A stretch of 64,000 bases of DNA. Origin: an uncultured Bacteroides sp. Its GTDB lineage: Bacteria; Bacteroidota; Bacteroidia; Bacteroidales; Muribaculaceae. Location of the stretch: positions 15,271 through 79,270 of the forward strand of contig CAZKOF010000003.1 in the NCBI GenBank assembly GCA_964554335.1, given 5' to 3'. Both the position numbers and the translations under genes were made by a program. Numbering within the stretch: the stretch's first letter is position 1; each line of letters begins with the position of its first letter. Positions 1 through 8,911 of the stretch are shown piece after piece. Below the pieces are notes generated by a model. It did no database searches. It was not told the DNA's origin and saw only the letters and a list, made by a program, of their open reading frames with translations.

Positions 1-462
1 ACCATAGACTTTGCTTTCAAGCCCCATCCTATTCTGCGCACACGACTTTATGAAAAATGGGGCAAGGAGAAAACCGACGAGTATTATGCCTGCTGGAACG
101 CGCGGCCCAACACATTCACTGTCCGGGGACCATATGCCGAGTTGTTCGCTTTTTCAGACGCCATGATTCACGACTGCGCTTCGTTTGTTGCCGAATATCT
201 CTACACCGCAAAGCCGGCATTCTATGTGACGGATTCCGATATCCCCGGGCCGGCTATCGGCAATGAATTCGGACAACAATGCTTTATGATGCACTACCAC
301 GGCCACACTACCGAAGATATCGAAAGGTTTCTGACCGAGACTGTTCTCGGCACTAAGGATTCACTGGCTATCGCGCGCAAGTTTTTCCGCGATGTGCAGC
401 TCTCTCCGGAAGATTCGACAACCACAGTCGGCGAAAAAATGTTCCGGGCACTGTCACACTGA
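1..462 (+). CDS. CDP-glycerol glycerophosphotransferase (TagB/TagF) family protein, C-terminal fragment; 5' end lies outside the window
   Basis: Frame 1 is open from base 1 to TGA at 460-462. SDAMIHDCASFVAEYLYTAKP resembles the C-terminal D..ITDYSS...E..KP region of TagF-type enzymes. Confidence 0.55.
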   Translation, partial: TIDFAFKPHPILRTRLYEKWGKEKTDEYYACWNARPNTFTVRGPYAELFAFSDAMIHDCASFVAEYLYTAKPAFYVTDSDIPGPAIGNEFGQQCFMMHYHGHTTEDIERFLTETVLGTKDSLAIARKFFRDVQLSPEDSTTTVGEKMFRALSH

Positions 463-485
463 GACGTTTTGAGCGTCTTAATGGC

Positions 486-971
486 ATGAACACCCCAGAA
501 GAGATATTCCGCAAGCGGTTCCTGCCGCTTTATCCCAAGTTATTTACTATGGCCAATGCCATGCTCGGCAATGCGGATGACGCTGCCGACGCCGTACAGG
601 AAGTCATGGTGAAGATTTGGAACCGTTCGCAGGAACTCGGATCCATAATCTCCCCTATCGGATACTCCATGCAGTTGCTTAAAACGTCGGCAATCGATAT
701 TATCAGGCGCAGGAGATTCACGGTGCACCCTGTTAACGAACTTTCCGAGCCGATGACAAAGACCGATTCCGAACCTGACAGCACGGACTTCATGCTCCGG
801 GCAATCTCCGAACTCCCCGCGCAGCAGCGTGAGGTCATCAGAATGAGCGCGTTTGCAGAAATGCCCGCAGCGGATATTGCCGAGGCTCTGGGGCTGAAAC
901 CCGAGAACGTGCGCCAACTGCTTTCGCGAGGACGCCGTAAATTACGTGAAATCTACCAAAAATACATGTGA
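486..971 (+). CDS. ECF-type RNA polymerase sigma-70 family factor
   Basis: Region 2-like DAADAVQEVMVKIW and region 4 HTH AADIAEALGLKPENVRQLLSRGRRKLRE. 161 aa, followed by a coupled membrane protein. Confidence 0.85.
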   Translation: MNTPEEIFRKRFLPLYPKLFTMANAMLGNADDAADAVQEVMVKIWNRSQELGSIISPIGYSMQLLKTSAIDIIRRRRFTVHPVNELSEPMTKTDSEPDSTDFMLRAISELPAQQREVIRMSAFAEMPAADIAEALGLKPENVRQLLSRGRRKLREIYQKYM

Positions 972-976
972 TAGCT

Positions 977-1405
977 ATGACTACTGAAAAACTCCGCCAT
1001 CTTCTTGAAGACTTCTATGCCGGCAACACCTCTCCTGACGATGAGAGGATGCTACGTGAATACTTCACCACCCACACTGAAGTAAGCAAAGAGCTTCTAA
1101 GCGATGCAGCGATGTTTCGCGCAATGGATGCCGTCGTCAATACTCCCGTGCCTTCAGATCTTGACCTCCGGATAGAGAGTGCCACCGTCGGGCGCCACCG
1201 CCAGCGGACGGTCAAGTTTCCACTATTCGGCTCTGTTGCCGCTGCCGTTGCGGCAATGCTTGTCATGATAGGAATATCTCGCACTCCGGCGCCCTACCGA
1301 GAGGTCTCCGACCCGGAAGAAGCAAAAGAAATTGCATTGCAAGTGTCACAAAAACTTCAGAAGAACGTCGATAAATTAAAACTGCTTAACAACATAAACA
1401 TATGA
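977..1405 (+). CDS. Putative anti-sigma factor (single-pass membrane protein)
   Basis: Starts 6 nt after the sigma stop (alternative GTG at 968 overlaps that stop). One hydrophobic helix, FPLFGSVAAAVAAMLVMIGI. Position is typical of an anti-sigma partner. Confidence 0.5.
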   Translation: MTTEKLRHLLEDFYAGNTSPDDERMLREYFTTHTEVSKELLSDAAMFRAMDAVVNTPVPSDLDLRIESATVGRHRQRTVKFPLFGSVAAAVAAMLVMIGISRTPAPYREVSDPEEAKEIALQVSQKLQKNVDKLKLLNNINI

Positions 1406-1896
1406 TGAAGAAAGTTCCCCAAATTATCGCCGTACTCCTTTGCTGCATCGCGTCGTCATTTACAGCCTCAGCCAAGGACCTCTTTGCAGAAGTGAAGAAA
1501 TTGCCCGACACGGAATCGGTACACGTCAACGGCTTCATGATGTCGATTGCACGTTCAGCCGTCAAAATGTCTGCCGGCAAAGACGCCGGCCAGGCTCTTG
1601 AAGTCCTCAAAGGCATAAAATCAATGGACATCATAGAGTGTGACCAATCGTCCTCCATACCCACCACCCGAAATCTCGCCCGGAAGATAATCGAAGCCGA
1701 GGGCTACCAGGTAGCTTTTGAAAATATGGAAAATAACGAAACGGTCGTTATTTACTGTCAGCCGTCAAATAACAAATCAGACGCCGGTAAGCTCAAGAAT
1801 GTTATAATCGAAGTCTGTGAGCCGAAAGAATACAGCATTATAGTAATCAAAGGCACGATAAATCCCGAAACTTTTACTCCATCAGCAATAAAATAG
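1402..1896 (+). CDS. DUF4252-like secreted protein (paralog 1)
   Basis: ATGA overlap with the upstream gene. Signal peptide VLLCCIASSFTASA. Sigma/anti-sigma/DUF4252 gene order is typical of Bacteroidota. Paralogous to the next ORF. Confidence 0.55.
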   Translation: MMKKVPQIIAVLLCCIASSFTASAKDLFAEVKKLPDTESVHVNGFMMSIARSAVKMSAGKDAGQALEVLKGIKSMDIIECDQSSSIPTTRNLARKIIEAEGYQVAFENMENNETVVIYCQPSNNKSDAGKLKNVIIEVCEPKEYSIIVIKGTINPETFTPSAIK

Positions 1897-1900
1897 CATT

Positions 1901-2404
1901 ATGAAACAGGCCACAATTAAATATATGCTGCTCTTCGCGGCAATGTTCTCAGGCATTACCAGCCATGCTGAAAAGATTTTTGAAGCTCTCGCTTCCAATC
2001 CTCATGTCGAGTCGGTCTATGTCGGAAAGGCAATGATGAGCATGGCCCGCGGTTTTCTGAATGCGGACAACAGCTCCGAAACCAAATCGGCCCTCAATGC
2101 CGTAAAGGATATTGATTCCATTGAAATAATCAGCTGCGAAAAAGCCTCAGCAATACCGTCGCTCAAAGAACAGGCCCGCAAAATACTCGGCAAACTCAAA
2201 CTCGAGATGCTGCTTGAAACCAAAGAGGGAGACGAAAGCACCATTATTTACGGATGTACCCCCTCAGACAACAACGATGCCACCGTATCAAGTATGGTCA
2301 TTGAATCATCGGAACCGGGCGAATATAGCCTCATACACATCTCCGGGACAATCGACATAAAATCACTAACGGAATTTAGTGACTCACAATCTTGCAAAAA
2401 ATGA
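1901..2404 (+). CDS. DUF4252-like secreted protein (paralog 2)
   Basis: Signal peptide. Shares ESV[HY]V, MMS[IM]AR, IIxC and EYS[IL]I.I.GTI blocks with 1402-1896. Confidence 0.55.
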   Translation: MKQATIKYMLLFAAMFSGITSHAEKIFEALASNPHVESVYVGKAMMSMARGFLNADNSSETKSALNAVKDIDSIEIISCEKASAIPSLKEQARKILGKLKLEMLLETKEGDESTIIYGCTPSDNNDATVSSMVIESSEPGEYSLIHISGTIDIKSLTEFSDSQSCKK

Positions 2405-2414
2405 TTTAATTGAC

Positions 2415-2422
2415 TACTTTTG
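2415..2422 (+). promoter_or_regulatory. -7 promoter box TACTTTTG for the glycosyltransferase genes
   Basis: Exact TAnnTTTG. 8 nt separate it from the ATG at 2431. Lies just after the stop of the second DUF4252 gene. Confidence 0.4.
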
Positions 2423-2430
2423 CAGCCACA

Positions 2431-3558
2431 ATGAGTTCCACGCCTAAAATTTTGCTGCTGGGCGACTATAGCAACTGCCACCGCACGCTGGCCACAGGCC
2501 TGCGGCGGCTTGGTTGCGATGTCACGCAGGCATCTGACGGCACGGGCTGGATGAATACAGAACGCCAGATTGACATTTCCCGCAAACCCGGTAAACTCGG
2601 CGGTCTGGAGTTCTACATGCGTCTGCTCGCAGGCGATTTACGCCATCTGATGCGAGGATTCGACATTGTGGCTGTTCATGACCTGAATTTTGTCGGATTG
2701 CGCCCTGAGCGTCTGCGCCCGTTATTTAAGAGGCTAAAGCGTCAGAACGGGTCATTGTTTCTCACGGCGATGTCAACCGACATCGCCTATCTCGACATGG
2801 TTTCGGCAGCCGACACCCCTTTGCGCTATAGCGAATGGTTTGTCAACGGACGCCCGTCGCGCCATTATCTCGCAAATGTGACGAACTGGGAGAGTTGGCA
2901 TGCTCCGGCGCTCACTTCATACCAGCACGAGGCCCTGGAGATGCTTGACGGCGCGGTTTCCGTGCTCTATGAATATCATCTCGGCATGGTCCGCACACTC
3001 GGCGAAGAACGTGCAGCTTATGGGGGACTGCCGATAGATACCGGTTTGTTTGACCCTGTTGCAATTCCCGAGAAAATCGATAAAGTGAAGATATTTCTCG
3101 GCCGCGACCGCTACCGAAAACTGATGAAAGGCTCCGACCTTCTTGAACTGGCGGCCCGCGCGGTTGTCAATGAAATGCCTGACAGAGCCGAACTGGAAAT
3201 CGTTGAGAATATACCCTACTCCGAATTTGTAAAACGTCTGCGCAATGGCCACGTCGTACTCGACCAAATTTATAGCTACACGCCTGCAACGACGGCATTG
3301 ATGGCCATGTCCTACGGCTTAAACGCGGTCAGCGGCGGGGAACCCGAGTATTACGATTTTATCGGTGAGGCAGACAATCGGCCAATTATAAACGCTCCAA
3401 CAGAGCTTGAAAAACTGACCGACACATTACGCGAAGTTGTTATGCACCCTGAGCAGATTGCTGAACGTGGACACAAATCGCGAGAGTTTGTGTTGAAACA
3501 TAACGATACGGATGTGGTTGCCCGCCGCTTCCTCGATTTTTGGCTCGGTAAATTATGA
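2431..3558 (+). CDS. Glycosyltransferase, GT-B fold (family 1/4-like)
   Basis: About 375 aa, starting KILLLGDYSNCH. The C-terminal half is typical of GT4-like enzymes. First ATG is at 2431; the ORF-track start at 2410 is TTG and overlaps a -7 box. Confidence 0.6.
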   Translation: MSSTPKILLLGDYSNCHRTLATGLRRLGCDVTQASDGTGWMNTERQIDISRKPGKLGGLEFYMRLLAGDLRHLMRGFDIVAVHDLNFVGLRPERLRPLFKRLKRQNGSLFLTAMSTDIAYLDMVSAADTPLRYSEWFVNGRPSRHYLANVTNWESWHAPALTSYQHEALEMLDGAVSVLYEYHLGMVRTLGEERAAYGGLPIDTGLFDPVAIPEKIDKVKIFLGRDRYRKLMKGSDLLELAARAVVNEMPDRAELEIVENIPYSEFVKRLRNGHVVLDQIYSYTPATTALMAMSYGLNAVSGGEPEYYDFIGEADNRPIINAPTELEKLTDTLREVVMHPEQIAERGHKSREFVLKHNDTDVVARRFLDFWLGKL

Positions 3559-4373
3559 TGACCCTCGACCTCGCATTAGCAACTTATGGTCCTGACGGCA
3601 TAAGCCGCGTTGCCGCAATGGTACTCCCTCCCGCTGAGGGCGTCAGATACATAGTTTCATGGCAAGCACACGGGGATGCCCCCATTCCCGCCGAGCTTAT
3701 ACGCCCCGACGTCGAAATCCACCGATTCAATCTGCTTGGGCAATCGCTCAATCGAAATAACGCGATTGAACATTGCACGGCTGATATTATTCTTCATTCT
3801 GATGATGATTTGATATACACAGCCTCTCAGTTTGAAGAGATAATACAAGTATTTGAATGCAACCCGCAGATTGACGTCGCCACATTCAGGTCAAAAATCC
3901 ACGATTACGATCGCATATACCCGGCGTCCGTAGTAAAACTTAGAGAACACCTTCCCAAGTATTATTCAGTGGGAACGATAGAGATTGCATTCAGAAGGGC
4001 AACTGCGGGAAATTTGCGCTGCTGCCCGGAACTGGGGCTCAACTCTCCGAAACTTCATGGAGGTGAGGATGAGATGTTTTTGATGTCGGCGATTCGCCGT
4101 GGTCTTGACTGTCGTTTTTTTCCGATAACCATATGCGAACACCCGGGAGCGTCAACCGGCACGAAAGCACACTTCACAAATGAAAACCTCCAGGCATCAG
4201 GCTGCGTAATTGCCCTTACACGACCGTGGACCGCGATATTGCGCGTTCCTCTAAAAGCGTGGCGCGTCAGCCGCAAAGGCCAGGCATCATTTTTGCGCGC
4301 GCTATATCGCATCAGCCGCGGTGCGCTCATGGCCCCGGGAGTCTTAAAAAGAAACCATAAATATCTTTGGTAA
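3555..4373 (+). CDS. Glycosyltransferase family 2 (GT-A fold)
   Basis: ATGA overlap with the upstream GT. LNRNNAIEHCTADIILHSDDDL contains the DxD-type acidic motif of GT2 enzymes. Confidence 0.65.
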   Translation: MMTLDLALATYGPDGISRVAAMVLPPAEGVRYIVSWQAHGDAPIPAELIRPDVEIHRFNLLGQSLNRNNAIEHCTADIILHSDDDLIYTASQFEEIIQVFECNPQIDVATFRSKIHDYDRIYPASVVKLREHLPKYYSVGTIEIAFRRATAGNLRCCPELGLNSPKLHGGEDEMFLMSAIRRGLDCRFFPITICEHPGASTGTKAHFTNENLQASGCVIALTRPWTAILRVPLKAWRVSRKGQASFLRALYRISRGALMAPGVLKRNHKYLW

Positions 4374-4374
4374 T

Positions 4375-4779
4375 ATGAAATACTGTCAAAATTGCAATAC
4401 GCAACACCCTGATTCAGCTCAGTTTTGCCCCCAATGCGGCAACCCGCTCACTTTTGTGCAGTCGACTCCTCCACCATACGGCAGCCAATATCAATCTGAT
4501 GAATATGCCTATGGCAACGACGCGTTTTCACCGTCAGGCCCGGAAGGCAAGAGCCGCGGAGTCGCAGGACTGCTGGCGATTCTTGTTGGATATTTAGGAG
4601 TGCACTATTTCTATCTCGGCAAGATCGGCGGCGGCTTGCTGACCATTCTTCTGTGTGCCGTCACATGCGGCCTTTGGAGCATTCTGGTCCTCGTACAGGG
4701 CATCCTGATGCTCTGCATGACTAACCGGGAGTTCGAACGCAAATACGTCACAAATCCGTCATCGTTCCCATTGTTTTAA
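4375..4779 (+). CDS. Zinc-ribbon plus TM2 domain membrane protein
   Basis: N-terminal CQNC...CPQCG zinc ribbon. C-terminal GVAGLLAILVGYLGVHYFYLGKIGGGLL matches the TM2 domain pattern. Confidence 0.7.
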   Translation: MKYCQNCNTQHPDSAQFCPQCGNPLTFVQSTPPPYGSQYQSDEYAYGNDAFSPSGPEGKSRGVAGLLAILVGYLGVHYFYLGKIGGGLLTILLCAVTCGLWSILVLVQGILMLCMTNREFERKYVTNPSSFPLF

Positions 4780-5897
4780 ACGGGGATAACGAGCAGCGGG
4801 ATATCGGTGTGGAACAACAACCGGTGTGCCGCCCCCGGATTGAACAAGCGCGCGAAGATATTCTTTTTACGACTCGGAATGACAACAATATCACAATTGT
4901 CGAGTTCGAGCGACGGCTGAGTGCGGTCGTGCTCAACGAGGCTGAACGAGTAGGTCGGAAAATGCTCTGCGCAGTAGTCGCTTAGCGCTCTGCGGGCAGC
5001 ATCGTTGGTTGCTTTTGAATAGCGGTCGTTCGGCATGCAGATAACGCGCACCTGCGCATTCATGCCCTCGGGCATCAGGCGGTTGACGGCATCGAGCGCA
5101 AGAAAATCCTCCTGTTCCAAATGTGAGAGGACCGCGATGTTTCTTACATCGGCAAGCGATAAGAGCGGATGTTCGCTCTCGGTTACCGTCAGCGCCTGAA
5201 TGCGGCAACTGTCAAGCACTTCGGCCGTGATGCTTCCGGCCATATCATGAGCTTTTTTCTCAACCAGCCTGGTCCCCATCACAAGCAGGCGAACCTCAGG
5301 ATGTTCTTTAACATACCGTCCGATGCACTCCTCGGGAACACCCTCAACAAGAACGGTCGACGATTTAATGGCCGGGAGTTTGCCCGATTTGATTTCAGCC
5401 TTCAGCTGCTGCTCAACCTGTCGTATTTGGCGGCGGGCCGTACGGGCAATGGCAACCGAAGTCTCAACACTCTCCGATTCTTTCTCAGCGTTATCGAATG
5501 TCAACGTGGCGCCCATAGACATCAGCGGGTTTGAGTGAGGAACCAGGAATGAGTGGAGCATCACAACCTTTGCATTGATGCGCAACGCAACGTTGAAAGC
5601 CATACGGGCAGCGTTAAGCGACTTTTCCGTAAAATCTACAGGAACGAGAATTGAATGAGGCTCATTATTGGCCTCGGGCTTTTCTGAACGGAAAATCTCC
5701 GGATTTTCAATTATGCGCAGAGCGAGCGGCAAATCCGACTCGGCAATGCGCACTCTGACTCCGGCAGACATAACCGGCGTTGCGAGGTTGACGTTCTGAA
5801 GCGTTACGTTTACGCCCTCGTTTTCGAGAAGAGATTTCAGTTCCGCAGCCTTGTCGAGAGTATGAATGGCAACGGTTATCAGTCGGTCATTTTCCAT
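4776..5897 (-). CDS. Tandem universal stress protein (UspA) domain protein with a small N-terminal regulatory-like domain
   Basis: Two Usp-like halves (ILVPVDFTEKS... and ...LLVMGTR; NIAVLSH... and ...IPLLVIPV). 373 aa. Confidence 0.7.
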   Translation of the reverse strand: MENDRLITVAIHTLDKAAELKSLLENEGVNVTLQNVNLATPVMSAGVRVRIAESDLPLALRIIENPEIFRSEKPEANNEPHSILVPVDFTEKSLNAARMAFNVALRINAKVVMLHSFLVPHSNPLMSMGATLTFDNAEKESESVETSVAIARTARRQIRQVEQQLKAEIKSGKLPAIKSSTVLVEGVPEECIGRYVKEHPEVRLLVMGTRLVEKKAHDMAGSITAEVLDSCRIQALTVTESEHPLLSLADVRNIAVLSHLEQEDFLALDAVNRLMPEGMNAQVRVICMPNDRYSKATNDAARRALSDYCAEHFPTYSFSLVEHDRTQPSLELDNCDIVVIPSRKKNIFARLFNPGAAHRLLFHTDIPLLVIPV

Positions 5898-5911
5898 ATC
5901 ATCAGAGTAGA

Positions 5912-5944
5912 TAAAAAAGCCGGAGCCATTTGTTCGGTTCCGGC
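5912..5944 (-). terminator. Rho-independent terminator after the 82-aa DNA-binding protein gene
   Basis: Minus-strand RNA reads GCCGGAACC-gaacaaat-GGCTCCGGC followed by UUUUUUA. 8 bp plus one mismatch, 8-nt loop. Confidence 0.6.
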
Positions 5945-5956
5945 ACTTTGAGAAAA

Positions 5957-6205
5957 TTATTTTTCGGCAAGAATTTCAAGAGCCATATCGTAAATCGTAG
6001 TATCGTCAAGCACAACGATGCCGCCGTCGGGACCCGGTTCAATGTGAACACCGAGGTTCTTTCCAAACTCGTAGTTCGTACCACCGAAATAATTGCGGAC
6101 GGTCTGCACGGTAATATTGAGCTTGTCGGCAATGCGGTGCATGGAACCGTCGGGAAGGCTGTCTTTGAGCTGGCGCAGCTCGTTGAAAGTGATTGTCTTG
6201 CTCAT
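5957..6205 (-). CDS. Small helix-turn-helix DNA-binding protein, function unknown
   Basis: 82 aa. HRIADKLNITVQTVRNYFGG looks like an HTH. Followed by an intrinsic terminator. Confidence 0.5.
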   Translation of the reverse strand: MSKTITFNELRQLKDSLPDGSMHRIADKLNITVQTVRNYFGGTNYEFGKNLGVHIEPGPDGGIVVLDDTTIYDMALEILAEK

Positions 6206-6338
6206 AATTGTAAACGGAGGAGGTTTTAGAATGGGTTTAACATATTTGATGTAAAGTTAGACATAAAATTTCTTGCGGCAAAATTTTTTGGCCAAGAAGT
6301 TTTATGTTATAAAGCATAAAATCTATAACTCTTTGTAT

Positions 6339-7100
6339 TTAAATAATTTCTACGGCCACAGATGAAATCCATGCGCGGTGACTATCGTCAATCTGAACGT
6401 CAAACCATGTATCGGTCGACGTTGTGAGGGAGTCAAGAATAGTCACTTTTGTCCCCTCATGAAGTAACATAGCCTCCTCGGAACGGTCTTTCGGAGCGCG
6501 GGGAGTTGTCGAAAGAATAACGGACGGAGCGGTTACAACGGCCATATTGCCGGCCGAGGCTTTGCGTGCCGAACGATAACCGAGAATATTCGCGAGAATA
6601 CAGATAACAAGCAGGATTCCGGCACCGAAAAAGCCGACCTTCCGCAGTCCGACGCCCGAAGCAAAGAACCAGACACAGAGACCCGCAAGGGCAAGCGCGA
6701 AAGTCATTATAGCTATCCGTGCCCAAGCGTCGGGATGAATCTTTGCAGCGATATTGTCGGCGACTCCGCCAACAAGAGATGTTGCCGGAGCTATGCGGTC
6801 AACCGTCTTGGAGTTTACAAACTCGAGGTTATCACGGATATCCTTGTTGGTCGGGTCGAGTCGCAAAGCCCTCTCATAGCTGACAATAGCCATGCCGGGC
6901 AAGTCACTGCGGTAATATGCGTTGCCAAGGTTATAATATCTCTCAGCCGAAGGTCCGAGACTGTCAATCGCCTCCTGATAAAGCATTGCGGCGGTCTTGA
7001 AATCATCGTTCATATATGCCGAATCGGCGTCGGCAATGATATCGGCCCGGCAGAACAACATCCGAGCGCCAATGAGCAGAATTGCTAACAGTTTCTTCAT
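6339..7100 (-). CDS. batE: BatE-like TPR plus SH3 domain membrane protein (aerotolerance operon)
   Basis: TPR repeats (YYNLGNAYYRSDLPGMAIVSYERALRLDP), TM helices, and a C-terminal SH3b-like WFDVQIDDSHRAWISS. Last gene of the Bat operon. Confidence 0.7.
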   Translation of the reverse strand: MKKLLAILLIGARMLFCRADIIADADSAYMNDDFKTAAMLYQEAIDSLGPSAERYYNLGNAYYRSDLPGMAIVSYERALRLDPTNKDIRDNLEFVNSKTVDRIAPATSLVGGVADNIAAKIHPDAWARIAIMTFALALAGLCVWFFASGVGLRKVGFFGAGILLVICILANILGYRSARKASAGNMAVVTAPSVILSTTPRAPKDRSEEAMLLHEGTKVTILDSLTTSTDTWFDVQIDDSHRAWISSVAVEII

Positions 7101-8896
7101 TTCAAATTCTCGATTGAGTCAATAACTTCGCGTGCCGCGTCATAAGTGCTTTCAGCCGCGCCCGAGGTCTGGGGCGTATAGCGCGCCATCTCGCAGTCGT
7201 TAAGTATGGAGTTGAGCTTCTGCTGCAACTCTTCGGAGGCTCCGCGTCCGGCAAGGATATTGCGCACCGAATCACGGTTCATCTGAGATGCCGGCAACTG
7301 CAGTTTGTCGGAAAGATAGCTCTGCATTGCACGCAAAAGCTCCTCATAGTAGCGGTCATAGTCTCTGGCTTTCAGAAGTTTTCCGGCTTTTGAAAGGCGC
7401 TTTCGTGCAACCTTTCCGGCAAGATTGAACTTGCGACCGTTCGGATCTGATTTGGTCCTGCGGTAGCATACAAAGGCAACGACGAGCACAACGGCGAGCA
7501 GCAACGGATAAGCACACCAGTAGAACACACTCAACGACATGTAACCGCGGAGCGCTGCAGGTTTGTCAGCTCCGACCTTAATGTGGTGTATATCCGTATT
7601 CTTGGCCTGAATATCCTGTTTTCCACTGACGGTCGAGGAACTGACATTGGCACCTTTGCGCACGTCTATTTCAAAACCGTCGACTTTAATAGTGTTATAG
7701 TTTCCGCTCGACGGGTCGAAGTAAACGAAATCATACTCACCGATTGTGAATTTGCCGACTGATTGAGGCACGAAAGTATATTCAATCGTTTCAGTGCCGG
7801 TCATATTGGCCCCCGATACACGGGCGTTGTTATCAATGGCAGGTTCGTAAACCTCAAACTCAGTCGGGAAGTCAACCTTAGTGGGAGTCAGGAACTTGAT
7901 ATTGCCCGTGCCCTCTATGGTGTATATGATTGACGAAGCCTCGTTGGTCTTGAATACGTTGCCGATTAGGCGTGCCGACGCTTTGAACTTGCCGACTGCA
8001 CCCGAGAAGTCGGCCGGCTTGGGTTCGGGAAGCGGTTTTACTTTCAGAACCGCTGAATGAGGCTTCAACTTGACTTCGGTGCTTTCCATTACCGGACGAT
8101 AGCCGAAGAAGTCCTGAACATATGTCTGACGATAGGCCTGAGCGGTATATTCGCCTCCACTGAGAGTAATCTCGCCTGAACGCTGAGGATAAAGCAGCGC
8201 GCGATAGACAACCGCAGAGTACATCTGCCGACCGCCCACGGTTTCCGTGCGCCAGTCAATGGTCTGCGGCATGCCGAGACTCTCAATCAGGCAGCCGTCA
8301 AAGGCCGGAAGGCTTGCCGTTGACAGGCCCTCGACCTGCTGGTTTGAACTGTAAAGTTTAATGTCAACCTCTACTGCCTGCTGCTCGTAGACATTATTGC
8401 CCGAGAGGCATACACGCATAAAGAGGTCATTTGGACCGATTTCAAAGTCTCCGCCACGATTAGGCCGACCGGTAGCGGGCCCCCCACCGCCCTGTTGAGC
8501 GGGCTGACCGGCGCCGACCTCGAACTGACCGGGCTGAGTGGAATACTGCTTGCCATTGACCGTTACGGTCTGAGATTGCACCTTTACTGTACCCTCCTCG
8601 TCGGCGAGGTATGTGAACGTATAAGAGCGGCTCTCACTGCGCTGCATATGTCCGTTGATAATGTTAATCGACGACGAGGTTGACGTTCCGGGACCTCCGA
8701 CAAAGGTGCATCCGTCAAGGGTCGGCGCCTTCGGTGTCTGAACGTTACCGTCGGGATTATTCACGGTGATGCTAACTGTGAAGCGCTGTCCTACCCTTGC
8801 TGAGCGGGGAAGCGATATCTCGACAGAGGTCTGGCCGAGAGATGCGAGCACCGCTCCGGCCACGACAATAATAGAGATGAATAATCGGCGTATCAT
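7097..8896 (-). CDS. batD: BatD-like oxygen-tolerance protein
   Basis: 599 aa with a signal peptide, repeated beta-rich modules, and one TM (YWCAYPLLLAVVLVVAFVCY) before a helical tail. Sits between the BatB/C and BatE genes. Confidence 0.75.
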   Translation of the reverse strand: MIRRLFISIIVVAGAVLASLGQTSVEISLPRSARVGQRFTVSITVNNPDGNVQTPKAPTLDGCTFVGGPGTSTSSSINIINGHMQRSESRSYTFTYLADEEGTVKVQSQTVTVNGKQYSTQPGQFEVGAGQPAQQGGGGPATGRPNRGGDFEIGPNDLFMRVCLSGNNVYEQQAVEVDIKLYSSNQQVEGLSTASLPAFDGCLIESLGMPQTIDWRTETVGGRQMYSAVVYRALLYPQRSGEITLSGGEYTAQAYRQTYVQDFFGYRPVMESTEVKLKPHSAVLKVKPLPEPKPADFSGAVGKFKASARLIGNVFKTNEASSIIYTIEGTGNIKFLTPTKVDFPTEFEVYEPAIDNNARVSGANMTGTETIEYTFVPQSVGKFTIGEYDFVYFDPSSGNYNTIKVDGFEIDVRKGANVSSSTVSGKQDIQAKNTDIHHIKVGADKPAALRGYMSLSVFYWCAYPLLLAVVLVVAFVCYRRTKSDPNGRKFNLAGKVARKRLSKAGKLLKARDYDRYYEELLRAMQSYLSDKLQLPASQMNRDSVRNILAGRGASEELQQKLNSILNDCEMARYTPQTSGAAESTYDAAREVIDSIENLK

Positions 8897-8911
8897 TTAA
8901 TATCAATCTTT

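Noticed and set aside
462-478. Hairpin AGACG-TTTTGAG-CGTCT after the TagF-like gene as a terminator
   Set aside because: The stem is only 5 bp and no U-tract follows. The sigma gene starts 8 nt later.
6206-6338. Search for a promoter or terminator between batE and the 82-aa HTH gene
   Set aside because: I found only near-matches to TAnnTTTG (TAACTTTA, TAGATTTT) and a poorly paired hairpin around 6270-6300. This is not enough to call a feature.
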